Source: Chrysomallon squamiferum (taxonomy: Eukaryota; Animalia; Mollusca). From it: a DNA stretch of 64,000 bases. How positions within the stretch are numbered: position 1 is the stretch's first letter; the number at the start of each line of letters is the position of its first letter. Made by a program: the position numbers and the translations under genes. Location: the NCBI GenBank assembly GCA_012295275.1, contig CM022679.1, positions 13,330,001-13,394,000 on the forward strand, read 5' to 3'. Under the pieces are notes generated by a model that saw only the letters and a program-made list of their open reading frames with translations, was not told the origin of the DNA and ran no database searches. Positions 28,646 to 42,720 of the stretch are shown one piece after another.

Positions 28646-30441
28646 AAATATGAGATTTATTTCTAATAAACAGGCTTAAATCCAGTTTGAGGTAGGGACT
28701 GAAATGGACAAGACATTCCACATCTCTCAAAGATAATTTTTAAAGTGGGTATCCAAATCTGCAAGAAAAAATATTTTGTATATTCTCACATTTACACATG
28801 AATAATAAACCTTTTTTAGTGGTTAGAATTTTAAGTTCCATGCCAGCACAATATTGTGGCTATTACAGTGATCAAAATCAGCTTTGATATACGTAAGTTA
28901 ACTATAACACTGTAAACATGTTTTTTATTTACAAAAGGACATTTTAATCTTGGTAAAAATTCTTGTTGAACTCTCACCTAAAATCACCTGACAAACACAT
29001 AAAAAAACAATAACAGTACAGCACTGGATAATATGTGAATCTGTTATTGTTCTTTGCAGTGTGTGTATGGTGGGTGTACACAAATGACTAAGACATATTT
29101 TTTTTGTATTCACAAGTTATTATTTATTTATTTATTTATTTTTTTATTATTATTATTTTTTTTTTTAATAAAAAATATAACAATAAAATAACGAGTTCAT
29201 TTTCACACTATCTATAACAGACTGGGCATACCAGTTTAAAGGTAACTATATGCTCAGTCTGACAGGAAATTTTCTACATTTTCCTACAGTTAAAAAAAAA
29301 AAAAAAAAAATGAAGCAGGAAAGAAAATATCATTCTAACTGAATCCAAACAAACTTCTATTTTATTGTTATACTTTATTACTAGCAAAAACTAGTCACCA
29401 CAAACAAACAAAACAATCAGTGGGAAACGTATAAAATATACTTAGGCTATTTGTTAGTATTGTCACAGCTGTGTTAAAATGATTCTGTTTAACAGAATAC
29501 CACAGGAGTTGTACAGATTTGTTCAGTTCAGTTAACCTATGCACCAAAATGATGTAAAATTTCTTTAAACAATACTTTTGATGGTGTATATCAGGGATAA
29601 CTGCATCACTTGTAGGTATCACTGGGGGATATGATGCATGTTGTCTTTTTATACGAAATTTGTAAATTAATATAACATTATTACATAATCCTTATTTATA
29701 AATATAAATGCAGTTGCTTGCAGAAATGTGAAATGATGAGGTGTACAAGCAGGGTTAAGAACTTTAATATATACAAATGAACTAAAATTTGCAACTAATA
29801 ATTATCTTTTATTCTGCTGTTAGATAAATTTAAAGAAAAAAAAAAAAAAAAAGAATGAGTAAGTCATTTCATTTTTTTATTTCTTTCTTTGAAACATTGT
29901 GATTAAATGAAAAAAGGTAGGGCTTCAGTTTAATATTTGTATTTTGCTGTTATGCTGTTTATTACCAGCAAACAATGTTGCTGTATCTTGCATGTGTTCA
30001 GAAAGTATACTGGTTGTAAGTTCAAACCAGCAGAGGTACACTTCACCTGTAACTTTTTATTAATTATTGTTATTATTATTATTTTTTTTTTTTTTTTTTA
30101 ATTATTATTATTATTATTGTGCTAGCATACATGTTTTACAGCACATTTTACAGTATTTGAAATATATGTTTAAAAACCAACAACAACAACATAAAAGCAA
30201 AGGAAAACAAAAATAAAATAAGGTATGCCTGGAAAGAAAAGTTTAAATTGTTTTCTGTTCTAAGATAATCTAACTAAAATATATTTAAAAAAAAAAAAAA
30301 AAACCTTTTTAATTTTTTTATTATTCACTTTTAATGTAATGAGAAGGTGAAAATATATATATTTGTTATGCATCATCTGCAAAATTTCAAATGATTGTTT
30401 GGAATAGTTTAAAGGTTTAAATCAATTTTTTACATAAAGTG

Positions 30442-30680
30442 GATGATAAATTGCAGGTTTTATACATTTATTTAGAAACTTTAAGATTTTTACAACACAT
30501 TTAGCAGATATGTAAACTATTATGTAACACTTAAATATTTTTGCATACTAAAAATGGGTGAAATATTTAAATTATTACCATTGTATATAATGATGATAAA
30601 GCAGAGATTTTATATTTTTGTTTAACAGATACTTAAGATCTTTACAACCCTTTTAGGAGATACATAAATCATTATGAAAA
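30442..30680. repeat. Degenerate local duplication (about 90 bp, period about 150 bp)
   Basis: gatgataaa...taagatttttacaacacatttagcagatatgtaaactattatg recurs as gatgataaa...taagatctttacaacccttttaggagatacataaatcattatg. Confidence 0.55.
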
Positions 30681-32426
30681 ACAACATTTTTATTAATTAC
30701 TGAAGGAAAAACACCAACATGGAGTTGAACAAATAACTTTTTATTAAAGCAAATTTTTTTATGCTGAAAATGCAACATTTAATATTCAAGGCACACCAAA
30801 AATATGGACGGAATTAACACAATATATATTACAAAGCAAAATATATCAAAATAAGTATACGTTTACTTTTTACAGAATTTTAAATATATATATTATAGAG
30901 CTGAACAAAAATAAAATGTATATAAAAACAAAATAATAATAATGAAGTGTAAAATATTTTCTTTTAAGGCACACCAAATAAAGAAGGTAGATCAGTCTAA
31001 TGCTGTAAAATCATAACTGATATAAAAATTACATTTTAATGGAATGTCTTAACTTAGCATATCACCAAAAAGATCAAATAAATAAATAAATTAATTAAAA
31101 AACACAAATTATTTCATTAACTCATTAAAGTGATTACCCAGTAAAAGGATTAGTAAAATGAACCATAAAAAAAGGTACATAAAAACCCACATTTAACATA
31201 AGATTCACAACACTGATATATTTAACGAGGAATATAGTATTTTGTAAATAGACCCTACACAGATTCATCAAAATTAAGGCAACAGTTTTCCCTCTTAAAT
31301 GTACCATTTTTTGGTCATTACTTTAAAATGCTGTTTTGTCATAAAAAGAATATTTTGAACATTAAATAACAGTTTTCAAAAACAGAAAAAGTGAAGAGAG
31401 GTGTTTCATTTAAAAGAAAAAATATGTATATAAGCACAGCTCTTGGCTGGCTTTTAAAGTCTTTGTATACATTATTATATAATTACCAAAAAATAAAAAT
31501 TGTCTAAAAATTCAAACACAATAAAAATATATTTTTTTTTTTTTAATATAATTAGTTTTATTTTTATTAATTTATTATAATTTTTAATTTTTTATTTATT
31601 TTATTTTATTTTTTGTTTGTTTTTGTTTTGTTATTTTACAAAAGTAAAATACTTGGCAATTTTTCTATTGTCCTTGTTACATTGTTACATAGGCAAGACA
31701 ACTCGGAATAAAATTTCAGAAAAAGACATTTCTTTCACTGACTAAGTTGAGTGAAAAAAAACAGATTTACAATCTGCATATTTGTTCTCAACTGAATATA
31801 TAAATCTAAAACAGCCTTTATTTCTTTTCTTTTTTATATTGTAAACAATTTAACTGTATAGTTTTTCTTTTTTTTCTTTTTTGTAACTATTATTGTGTTT
31901 TATTATTGATTTTTATTTTGGTTCTGTGCAAAATTTTGTCACTTAGCTCCAAATAACCATAAAGCAGTCTATCAGATTTTGTGATATCCCATCTGCAAAT
32001 ACATGTGATGACTTGAATTTCTAAAAATAAACATTCACTGTTGGGAACAGTGTTGAAATTATGAGAACAGATAATAGACAAAAATTCAAGCCCTGACAAA
32101 CATCAAGCAAACCATTGTTGAATATACGAGTAGATAAGAGGAACTACTAAATTAAGAAGAATATATATGATTATGCAGAAATAATTATTGTGAAGGGCTT
32201 ACTTCAGAATGTGTAATTTAATATTTTTAACAAATTTTGTTTTGTTGTTGAAATACTCCAAACTGATCTTATTTTATTCCATTGTATTTGGCAAATAATC
32301 AAATAATACAGTTACTAATCTATAGGGATCTGATTTCATGACTGTTATCAGTTAAAATCTGTTTTGTGAAATAGTTTTTCTTTGTGGTACCACACTGATC
32401 AGTTACTACAAATATAAACAGAATTT

Positions 32427-32465
<39 letters not shown>

Positions 32466-33800
32466 TTTTAATTTTTTAATTTTTTTTTTTTTAATTTTTT
32501 AAAATTTTTATGCTTTATTCAGTGAATGTATTTAAAACATGATAATCAGGATAACTAAATAATTTACCTATATATTATTTAAAAAATAATAATAATGAGC
32601 ATATTCATTAAAGTACACAGATCAAACACACTAACACATGTAAATACATTTATTTTTTTTGTATGATAAAAATTTTCTGATATTTGTTTGAGTCAGTTTA
32701 TTAATTACCCTGATGTATTCACAGCAGTGACCAACCAGAAATATAATAATGTCCAAATAATAAAAATAAAAATAAATTTCATTAAACAAAGAAATATTTG
32801 AAAAAGAAAAAACAAACCAGATTAAGTTAAAGTTACATGTGAAGCTATATAATTCTGCTGAGCTTCAAACAATAGAAATAGTTGTTTGTTGTTGTTTTCT
32901 TTAATCTTAAAATTCACAAGCTTAACAAATAGACCATAACAGAAAAAGCAGACATTAATGCCAAAAGCTACTGGTTTAATTTGAAATTAAATGAATTTTA
33001 ATCTGATTTTTTATCATTTAAATTTAAAAAAACAACAACATTATACATGATTAGGTTTACATATGAGCAAACTAAACAATGTACTTTGGTTAGATCATAC
33101 AAATTAAAGCTAATATAACACAAACACTCTCAGGCATATGATAAAAAATACCAACATTTTTGTTTCTGGTTGTTTTTGTTTTTTTTATTTAAAGGGGGAA
33201 GGATAATGTTTCAAAATATAATTATCAGTTAATATTTTGCATATTGCATTTGGTTAATTTTTTCGTATAAAAAAGCAAACTTGTTTTTTTTCCCATAATG
33301 TTAACCCATTAAGAATAGATTAAGTTTCAGCAATTTTTGTATGCATCTGATTATCAGTATTTATCCACTGTGAAAATATGTTTGTATGTAATAATTGATA
33401 ACATTCATGCAAAGATCAGCTCTCAGTATTTTTAACTTTTAACGCCAATGAATAATGAACAGTTCATTCAGTGAAATAATTCTAAACTGTTCATGAATTA
33501 ATTATTCTCTTTTTATTTATTTATTTATTATTTTTATCTCATTTGAAAAAGACTGAATACTTTAAAAAAAAATTACTTATAAAATATGAGAAATATGAAG
33601 TCACTTTCAATCCGGTTTTGTTGTTACATTCAGTTTTACACTTACAAAAGGCATTTTTAACCAAATGTTTTTAAACATAATGTGCTTTTCACATACGTTA
33701 GCCAAAAGCATACTGAAGCTCTTTCACTGCAGTAAAAGATAATACAATAGCTGTGTTCAATATAGCTGATTTAATGGAGAGATGTTTGATTGTATTTACT

Positions 33801-36800
33801 TCAAGACAGAGAGGCCAGTTTGATACAGTCATCAGAGCCGGCCACAGCAAACAAACGTCCACCCATTGTACTGTCCAAGGCCTGAACTGGTTTCTTCATC
33901 TTAACCTCACCAATGCACTGAAATAGGTGAGAAGCTAATTTATTTAAAGTATCTTTAGTCATCAACAATGAACACGTCAAACACATTTGCCTTAATACTG
34001 CTCTGACATTATTACAAATACAATGGTAAACATGTATCTTCAGCTTGTCTTGTATCATTAACTTTGCTGTTAAAAACACAATGGTAAATGTTTTGTATCA
34101 TTTACCTTTTATATTATATTATATAATAGTATTTGACTTTGCCTGCATGTAGGCAATACTGAAATTTTACAAAAAGGAAAAAAAACAATTTAAATTTTTT
34201 TCTTGAGATGCTGTAGAATATATCCATTTTTTTTTTTACCAGAACCTAAAGTTTATGGTAGTACTGTGTGTAAATACATGAAATAACTGTTACCTGGTCA
34301 GTTTCTATGTTAATTGCCATGGCACTGTTAGTTCCACTGCCACCAGCAAGCACCACATTGTTGTCACAGAACTGTGCACAGTATAGAAAACCTCCACTTC
34401 CAGAATGTGGGAATGTTATGTTCTTGTTCAAATCACCATCTGTGTAGTTCCACAACTGCAAGGCCTTGTTTGCACACCAGGACCCAGTCAGAATGTGACG
34501 TTTCTAAGTATGAAAATGAAAAACAATAACAGCCAGCAAAATAGAATATGCTGTAGAACATAACAACTGATATTATTTGTAAAATACCATGAGTACTCTT
34601 AACATGCAGAAAGTGATACTGGACTGAATTAAATATTTCAATTCAGGAATGTAAGACACAGTAACATATGGGAAAAAAGTAAAAGTTCCTAAACTTCCTA
34701 AACGGAGTTTATAGCCAATAAGATGTCCATGTGGAACACATTCTGAATCAGTAGAATCACATAAATTGCTTACTCTGTGTTTTTAGATATTTGTAACCAG
34801 TTACAATTTAGCTAAATATTTTATATACCATCTACTTATAACCATGATAAAAACACATTCACAACATTAACAAATTTACATGTTTATCAATAAACAAATA
34901 CCATCATTTATTGCTGAAGTTAATGTTAATATTAACAATTGCTTACTGAAATGTCAATAGCATCTCCACAAATATGAGGACCACTAATAACTCTAACAAC
35001 ACCATCATTTCGGTTACTGTCCCAAATCTAAAAAGAAACATAATAGATTATGGTATATGACTGGTTGAATATACCAGAAGTTTTGCATTATTTACTTATA
35101 ATAATACATGGCAAGAAAATACTGAACTAATAAAGATCAATGGAGACTGATATTTCCCATTCACAGAATTTTATTTCTGTAAGAATAATAATCTATTACA
35201 TTAATTAGATTAAGACACATTTTGATTCATTTATTTAATTAATAAAACACATTTCAAAATAGTTTACATTTTAAAAGAAACACTGTAAATATAATGAATA
35301 AAATGTTGTTTATTTATTTATTATTATTTTTTGAAATCTATGCTCTAGAAAAAGAATTATAAGATACTGATCTGAAATTACGAAAATCAGATAACCTACT
35401 ACAAAATACTGATATTTAATATATAACAAATGCCAGGAGTAGATCCAGGAATTTAGAAAATAGAGATTAACCTCACCATTGTGAATTAAAATTTAAACAT
35501 CAAATGAATTTAATTACAAATTTAAAAAAAAAAAAAAAATCATTAATCAAAAACAATTACATATGCCTTCATGAATAGCAGATACTAAATACAGTTAAAT
35601 TGTTAATAATTTAAAAAAATTATATTAATAAACAAACCTTGATGTTGTTATCCCATCCACCAGTGATGAATATGTTGTTGTATTCAGGATGATATTTTAA
35701 AGCGAAAGCGCGGCTGGTGTTTCCTGTGCAAACCTGCTCATTTGGTGTTTTTTCATCATATCCTGGGTACTCCCGTTCAAGCTGTGGACCATATATATTT
35801 CATTTATTCAATTTTAAAAAAAATGATTTTAGCTGTATAAAACTGAAATCATATTTTAATTCTAATAACTGATTATTAAAAAGAACTTAGTAAATATAAA
35901 TTCCTGAATATCAATGTTTTATAAACTGCAGTGAAAAAATCCAATGAATTATATTACAAATGTAAACTGACAGTTACCACACATATATTTTTCATAATTC
36001 AGTCTATATGTAAACCATAAAGTGTCTGAAAATTCTAGTTATATACCTGGCAAGTTTTCAAATCATAAATTCGCACAGCCAAATCTTTTCCTGCCGTAGC
36101 AAAATTATAACCATCAGAATCAAAGTCTATACAATTGATTTCATTGCCTTTTTCTGAAAGGAAATTTTTTTTAAAGAAATGAATATTTTTCTAATTATAA
36201 TACCAAAATATTCAAAATTCCTACCACAATGAATTTTTCTTCTAAATAAAAATTAAAATAGAACTGTAAGTTTATAATTATACAGAAATACCAAAAAAAT
36301 GAATAAATATTACCATGTTTTTTAACTCACAATTTTGACTTTTTTTTTTTTAACTGAACCTTACATTTTATTTGAGAAGATTATAATTTTTTTTTTTTTT
36401 TTTTTTTACATTAAATATTGTATTAAATTCAAAGATAAAATCTACCTGTACAAATTGTTTGTATATCGCCTGTCTCAATATTGATTGAATAAACAAGTCC
36501 TTCAGATGTGCCTGCAAAAAGTAGTTTGTGGTCTTTGGGATGAAATTTCAAACACATGATGGGATAACCACCATGTCTAGTTTTTCTCAGATCTTTTTTC
36601 AATTCACCATTTGTTGATGAAAGAAGCTAAAGAAAAATATTTTTAAAACACTTTATTCATAATGAAAACAACTGGAAACATTTTAGATTTGTAAGAAGTT
36701 AAGAATTTCAATAAAGCATTGACTTGATACTTTAGCTTACTGAACAAAATGTAATACATTAATTTTACTCTTTGAACAATATCTGTAGTAAAATGATAAT

Positions 36801-37813
36801 AATTAATATTATCATTAATTATTCAGCATAACATGGCCGTAACTAGACTCTTTTTGAAATGAGGCAAAAACTGATGTATTTGAAGTCGCAACAATGCTGG
36901 TAGACTTCAAACAGTAACTGCAGATATAAACGAATTCATTACCATAGAATAGAGATTTATATTTTATATTTTTTAAATATAATCTTTGTATAAATTTCCC
37001 TTTTTTTAAATGTACAAATCATCAATTTCGGTATGAGGCATTTGCTTCATTTGCCTCAACATTTGTAAGGCCATGCACATGTATATATGTGTTTGAAAAT
37101 ATAAAAACAAACTTATAGTTACATTTGTTGTTTGTTATTTGTTATATCGAGTGTAGAGTTCTAACCTGTATTGAGCCATTCTGAAAGCCTACTGCCAGGT
37201 ACTTGCCATCCATAGAGTACTGCAGTGAATACACTGAACCAAGACTTGCATCGAGTGGCTTCTCTTTTATTACTTGCACTTTAGTGAAAGTAGTTGGAAC
37301 CTGTTTACCTGAATATAAATTTTTGGATTTTTAAAAAATTTGTAGAATTAAATAAAATATGTGTGTGTACATGTGTGTTTATGTATGTATATGTGTGTGT
37401 GTCTTTTCTTTTGTTCTTTTCATAAAGTATGGAGGAAAGATCTTCTTACATTTTAGTGATCACTTATTTTTAATTAAATTTAATTTTTAAACCTTTTAAT
37501 GAAAAAACATTTTAACTTTATAATTATTTCCATCACAATGATAACATACACCTTTTCTAAAACTGTTGATCTGAATAAAAGAAAAATAGCAAAATTGGTT
37601 TATGACATTTTAAAGTTCTACGAGTAAAAAGTACTAACTGAGTTAATACATTACCTGAACAAAAGTAAAATTATTACTACAGGTTTTTCTAGTTGGTTTT
37701 TTTTAATCCTTTTCCTGTTCAAAATAAAACTGTAAGAAGATAAAGTTACCTTTCTCTATGTCACGGCCAGCTTTCAGTGCTTCATCAAATCTTTCAAATC
37801 TTCTGCGAGCCAT
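33801..37813 (-). CDS. Uncharacterised WD40-repeat (beta-propeller) protein, 8 coding exons, about 348 aa
   Basis: Exons 37813-37750, 37308-37166, 36626-36446, 36153-36047, 35781-35638, 35027-34947, 34503-34294 and 33917-33801 join in frame (1047 nt) with GT-AG introns. WD-type blades: VYSLQYSMDGKYLAVG, INCIDFDSDGYNFATAGKDLAVRIYD, ITGGWDNNIKIWD, GPHICGDAID, LTGSW..KALQLWN. The first exon is the least certain. Confidence 0.85.
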
Positions 37814-40800
37814 CTTGAAGGTTGTTGAGAAAAGCAGCTAATGTGTTGAAATTATTTCAGTTTATGCCACAAAAACTGAAGAATAAAAAATAGATATTAA
37901 TATATTTCTTGAAGCCTTCAGTCATATTCCATTATGAAAATCTTCACCTGACAGATTTTGTGGCTGCATTTTTATGTGCAAATAAATCAAGATATGGCCT
38001 ACTTCTAATCTCTCATTAATAATAAAAATGAAATTGAAATTAATAACAAAACAGTAACAATATAAAGGTAAGTTAGCTGTGGACACCTTCTGGTTTCCTA
38101 ATGTTGTATTAATGGCACTCACACAAATATGAGGGTTTTCTTTCCTGCCCTAAAAATCACACAACTAGCATTCAGTTTTTGTTACCTCTAGTACATAAAA
38201 CATGACCATAAATCAAATCAACACGTGTATATGTGAACAGGTTATGCTATGACCAAATGTTTAAGCAGAATAAATAAACCTATATAGACAGTACTTAAAA
38301 GACAAAAACAACCATAAACTTCCCTGTTAACATAACCAGAACATAAAGCATGCAGGTACACTGATATGCCTCCTGAACTTGTAAATACTACGGCTATTCT
38401 AAATACACATTTGATCATGATATTACATTAAAATGAAGAATTCCATTTATTCAAGCTTGCGATAAAATATCCTATAGTTCACATGCTGAACTTTAACACC
38501 AGAGTTTACAGCCTTCTAAAATGTCAATTCCAATACCTCCATTGTAATACCAAAAGCTTGATATTTTTCATTTTCATATGCAATAGATATCATCTTTCTA
38601 TTAAATTTAAAAAAAAAAAAATGAGTAAAATCAATTATTATAAGTATAAAACAGCATAAACATGAACAGTTTGAAAATAAACATTCTATTTTGTCTAAAT
38701 CTATATTTTTAAATAAAAAATCAAAGTAATGTTACAAAAAACAGAAGTTTTTAATAAGAAATAAATGAATTATAGATATATACCAACAAAAAAAAAAAAA
38801 AAAAAAAAGAGCTTGAACTGCATTAATATGTAGTGACAAATCACTTCAGAACCTTTTTCAGCATGACATTAGTACAAGTATACAAGTAATACAGTATCTT
38901 CAGTATTACTGTATTTGTATATTAACTCTAAAGATTACCTTATTTACGATAGCTAGGCCAGAGTATGACTTATCCAGTGCTACAATCTAACAGGACTGAC
39001 AGCTGAGCTAAAGCAAATCAGTGATTGCCCAGACAACCACTTGAATATTGATATGAACATTATACATCATTGATCCAACACTTACAAAGTGAGTAGACTT
39101 AATATTATTGAATAATTGATTAAGCAAAAATAAGGGGTAAAATAAAGAAGGTTAAATGCAGAGCAACCTTATTAATTAGACCAGTATTATCTAATAACTT
39201 GTCATGTTTTAATTACATTCAATAATAAATAAATACACAAAAATATGTAGACAAAATTTCTGAGGCATCTTACCCAACAGTTTCATAGGAAAGAAATAAA
39301 CATTGTAATCCATTAACTATGAAGCATGCAGCTTTATGTATAAAAAGATAAATCAAGTCTTAACATGTTAAGAAATAATAGCAAACCTTTGAATTACTAG
39401 TCGAGGTCAACACTTGCTGCAGTTACAGTTGAATAGTCTTGAGCAATCACATTAAGGTTACATGTGTATGAGTGTCAGGAAGATTAACACATTAAGTGCT
39501 AATCTTTGTTCAAATAGTACTGTGTATACAATGCAGGTTAATGATATACTAAACAGTAAATATGAAAATAAAATAAAATAATTTTACTACTTGTTCAAGA
39601 AACTAATCCTTCCATTTAAAATATCTTAGTTACGTTTATTTTATTCATAATTATTATATATAAATATTTTTAAGCCATCAAAAAATTATATTTCTGTCAT
39701 TTATTTATTAGTTGTATTTTTTTAACTGAAATTGCTTGTTAAAATTTTTAATAAAAATAGTCAGAAAATTTTATATTTAGTCCTTAATATTACAATGTAA
39801 ATGTAAGTTTTAAAGATTTGTATTTATTGTAAAAGAACTATGTGAAATGATAAAATAACAAAAGAAAACCCTGAAAAATCACTTAAATATTCTTTATATG
39901 TAATGCTTGTAAATGTAAGGGATTTTTTTAACATACTACGAACACATGAAAACAAGTACTTTCTGTAACATAATTCATTGTATGTGACATACAAAATGTA
40001 TGAATCATTTGTAAACACTTTTCTTTGAAAATCTAATTACTAACGAAGTGCCAACCAACAGTATATACAGATTTGTTGATTCCATCTATTTTCTAATATT
40101 GAATGCTTTACAAAAAGTGTTGTCAACAATTCCTGTTAAATTTGGGCCACTGATTATTTTATAGTCAAATTACACATAAAATAAATAAATAAATAAATAA
40201 TTAATTAAAGTTTTAGATAGTTTTATTAAATTAAGTTCCTGCAATTAAAAATATACACACTTTTCCTAAAACTATTCTTAATTTAGACATGAGATGGGGA
40301 AAAGTAATATAAATTTTCAGTTTGCTTTGTATGAAAAGAAAATTAAGGCAGTGCTTAATGTTTTAAGTAAACCATAGGTTTATAAGCCTTCATTATAATC
40401 TTATCTTTTATGCAGACACTGAAGAATGAAAATAACACAATGGGTAAAATCTATATACCCAACGTGGAAAACTGAATGTCTTTCACAACTACATATTATA
40501 ACAAAAGCTTTATTCATGCCTCTTAATACCCTGTGGTTAAATGGTAAATTTATATAAGTCCTGGGATATATTTATTTATTTAATTATTTTTGTTATCTGC
40601 ATGAGTGGAATAAGAAACACATTCTAATAATTTAAAAAAAAAAATGTTGTTTGTTTGTTTTAAACATTTTCATCAAGATACCTTAACAACTTTAAAAATG
40701 TTTTTCGAACTACTATTATATTATTTGAACATATTAATAATAAAGCTCCTGGGATACACTATAGTTAAATTTTTTGTATCAGTCTATAGCCTGAATAATA

Positions 40801-41194
40801 GAAGGTAGTGTTGTTTTTCAAACTGTATATTAAAAGTAACTAAATAAATTAATTTACTCATAAGTAAAATTATGCTGTGCCAAAATAAGAAAAACATTTT
40901 TAATTAAAATAATAATAACAAATAAAATGCGTATGTGTTTGTGTTTGTTATACACGATACTTTCATAAAACAAACAGAAACAAACATAAACTGTTTAAAA
41001 TAAATTTCTGCCGTAAAGAAAATGTATTATAAGACCAAAATCATGAAAATGTCAGTTATAATCTTCAGTTCAATTCGACAATTTTATTTTATTTTATTTT
41101 ATTTTATTTTATTTGTCTGTTGTATTGAGTATTGTTATTTTAATTAAATATTTGACAACAGTTTTCATTTGATTTTTTTGTTTGTTTGTTTCTT

Positions 41195-41243
<49 letters not shown>

Positions 41244-41458
41244 TATGTTTTTTTTTAAACATTACAAAATCATTACAAAAGAACTGGACTGGTATTACTT
41301 TTTTTTTACCCGAAAATTATACGTCTTTAATTTAACTGTAGCACAAAATTCCATTCCTTTCGTTTGTCACTGTTTACTAATAGTGCAGACGATTTTTGTT
41401 CTTTTCTTATTTACGTCCACTGTTTTATTACGATGCATTCTATTGGTTACATCTAGAC

Positions 41459-41711
41459 CAGTGATTCCCAACTTGGGACGCATATGATGGTGGTGGGGTA
41501 AATTTGAAAGCGATATAAATTATAATACGACCAAATTCAGTTATACTTCCTCTACACTGGAGCATCTGGCAGCACCTACGGGCAGGTTTTCTGCTTTATT
41601 TTACAGTAATTACACTTTTATAAAAACAGTTTCTTTTTATATCAAAGGGGGACACAAACATTTTTTAAGTGTTGAGGTGGGGCATGGAGCAAAAAAGATT
41701 GGAAACCACAG
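41459..41711. mobile_element. Non-autonomous hAT/Charlie-like MITE, about 253 bp
   Basis: Termini CAGTGATTCCCAACTT and AAGATTGGAAACCACAG form an imperfect TIR. The flanking 8-mers ATCTAGAC and TTCCAGAC (6/8 identical) resemble the Charlie nTCTAGAn target duplication. Confidence 0.7.
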
Positions 41712-42280
41712 TTCCAGACCCAGCACTTGTACGTCATTGCTTCAGACAACTATACTTCTCTTTAATCAGAATAACCTACTTATATGCCCATGCTTATTGA
41801 AAGGTAATGTTACATTTCCGCAAAAAGCTATCGTAAATTTATTATTATATCATAATGTTCATATATTTCTAGTTTCATTTTAAGCAATTGTAATGAACAA
41901 CCCGGTCACACAAAAATACACATATTTTATTTAAAATGTCTCGATTTATTTATGCAGTAAATGAAGTACAATTGGCCGCAGTATGTGACACCTAACAACC
42001 ATTTTAATAAAATGTTTTGAGGTGTCGATAACTGTTAGATTAGTCCAAAAAGGTTTTGCTTACAACAAAAAATACACTTGAAAACAGTGAATAAAGTACT
42101 CGCATGCAGTTGTATTTCACTGTACAGAGCACTAAGACTGAATATTGTAATCAGAGCCAAATCAATTTTTTGCAGGTTTTTTTTATACATAATTTGAACA
42201 GTATTTATATTTTCTTCAAATAACTGTGTGTGTGTGTTCATGCGTATGTCAATTTCTGAAGTCAGGATTAATGCATCACA

Positions 42281-42283
<3 letters not shown>

Positions 42284-42359
<76 letters not shown>
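42284..42359. repeat. (CT)n microsatellite
   Basis: Long perfect CT run. It produces the spurious poly-ER and poly-SL ORFs. Confidence 0.95.
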
Positions 42360-42363
<4 letters not shown>

Positions 42364-42600
42364 GTCCAATATTTGTTTTTATTATTGTTGTTTTTTCTCG
42401 ATTACTTTATCCAGGTTAATATTATTAAGGATAAGAATATATCTTTGTATTACACATCAATTACGTCAAATAATAGTCTCTGACGTCATAATTATTAATT
42501 CCTGCGATAGTAACTTTTTTATTATTTAATTCAAGATGTTTTCTTTCTTATACTAATTTCGTCCTAATTTGCAATCTTGTTTTCTTTGTTGTTGTTTTTT

Positions 42601-42647
<47 letters not shown>

Positions 42648-42706
42648 AAATGAAAAAATAAATAAAGCAACATAAATTTATAGAAGTTTAAATATAAGAT
42701 GAGAAT

Positions 42707-42720
42707 GTTTCCATGGATAT
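42707..42720. promoter_or_regulatory. RFX X-box-like motif between the divergent WD40 and Chibby genes
   Basis: GTTTCCATGGATAT compared with consensus GTYNCCATRGNAAC. A perfect CRE (TGACGTCA) lies at 42481-42488. Confidence 0.4.

Noticed and set aside
28000-33800. Long gap between SCD and the WD40 gene as a possible hidden gene
   Set aside because: Only low-complexity short ORFs and A/T runs; no spliceable coding exons recognised. It is probably WD40 3'UTR plus intergenic DNA.
37552-37570. 19-nt AG...GT-bounded micro-exon candidate in WD40 intron 1
   Set aside because: It is not frame-preserving and introduces a TAG in the upstream frame.
42035-42483. Poly-ER and poly-SL ORFs
   Set aside because: Translations of the (CT)n microsatellite.
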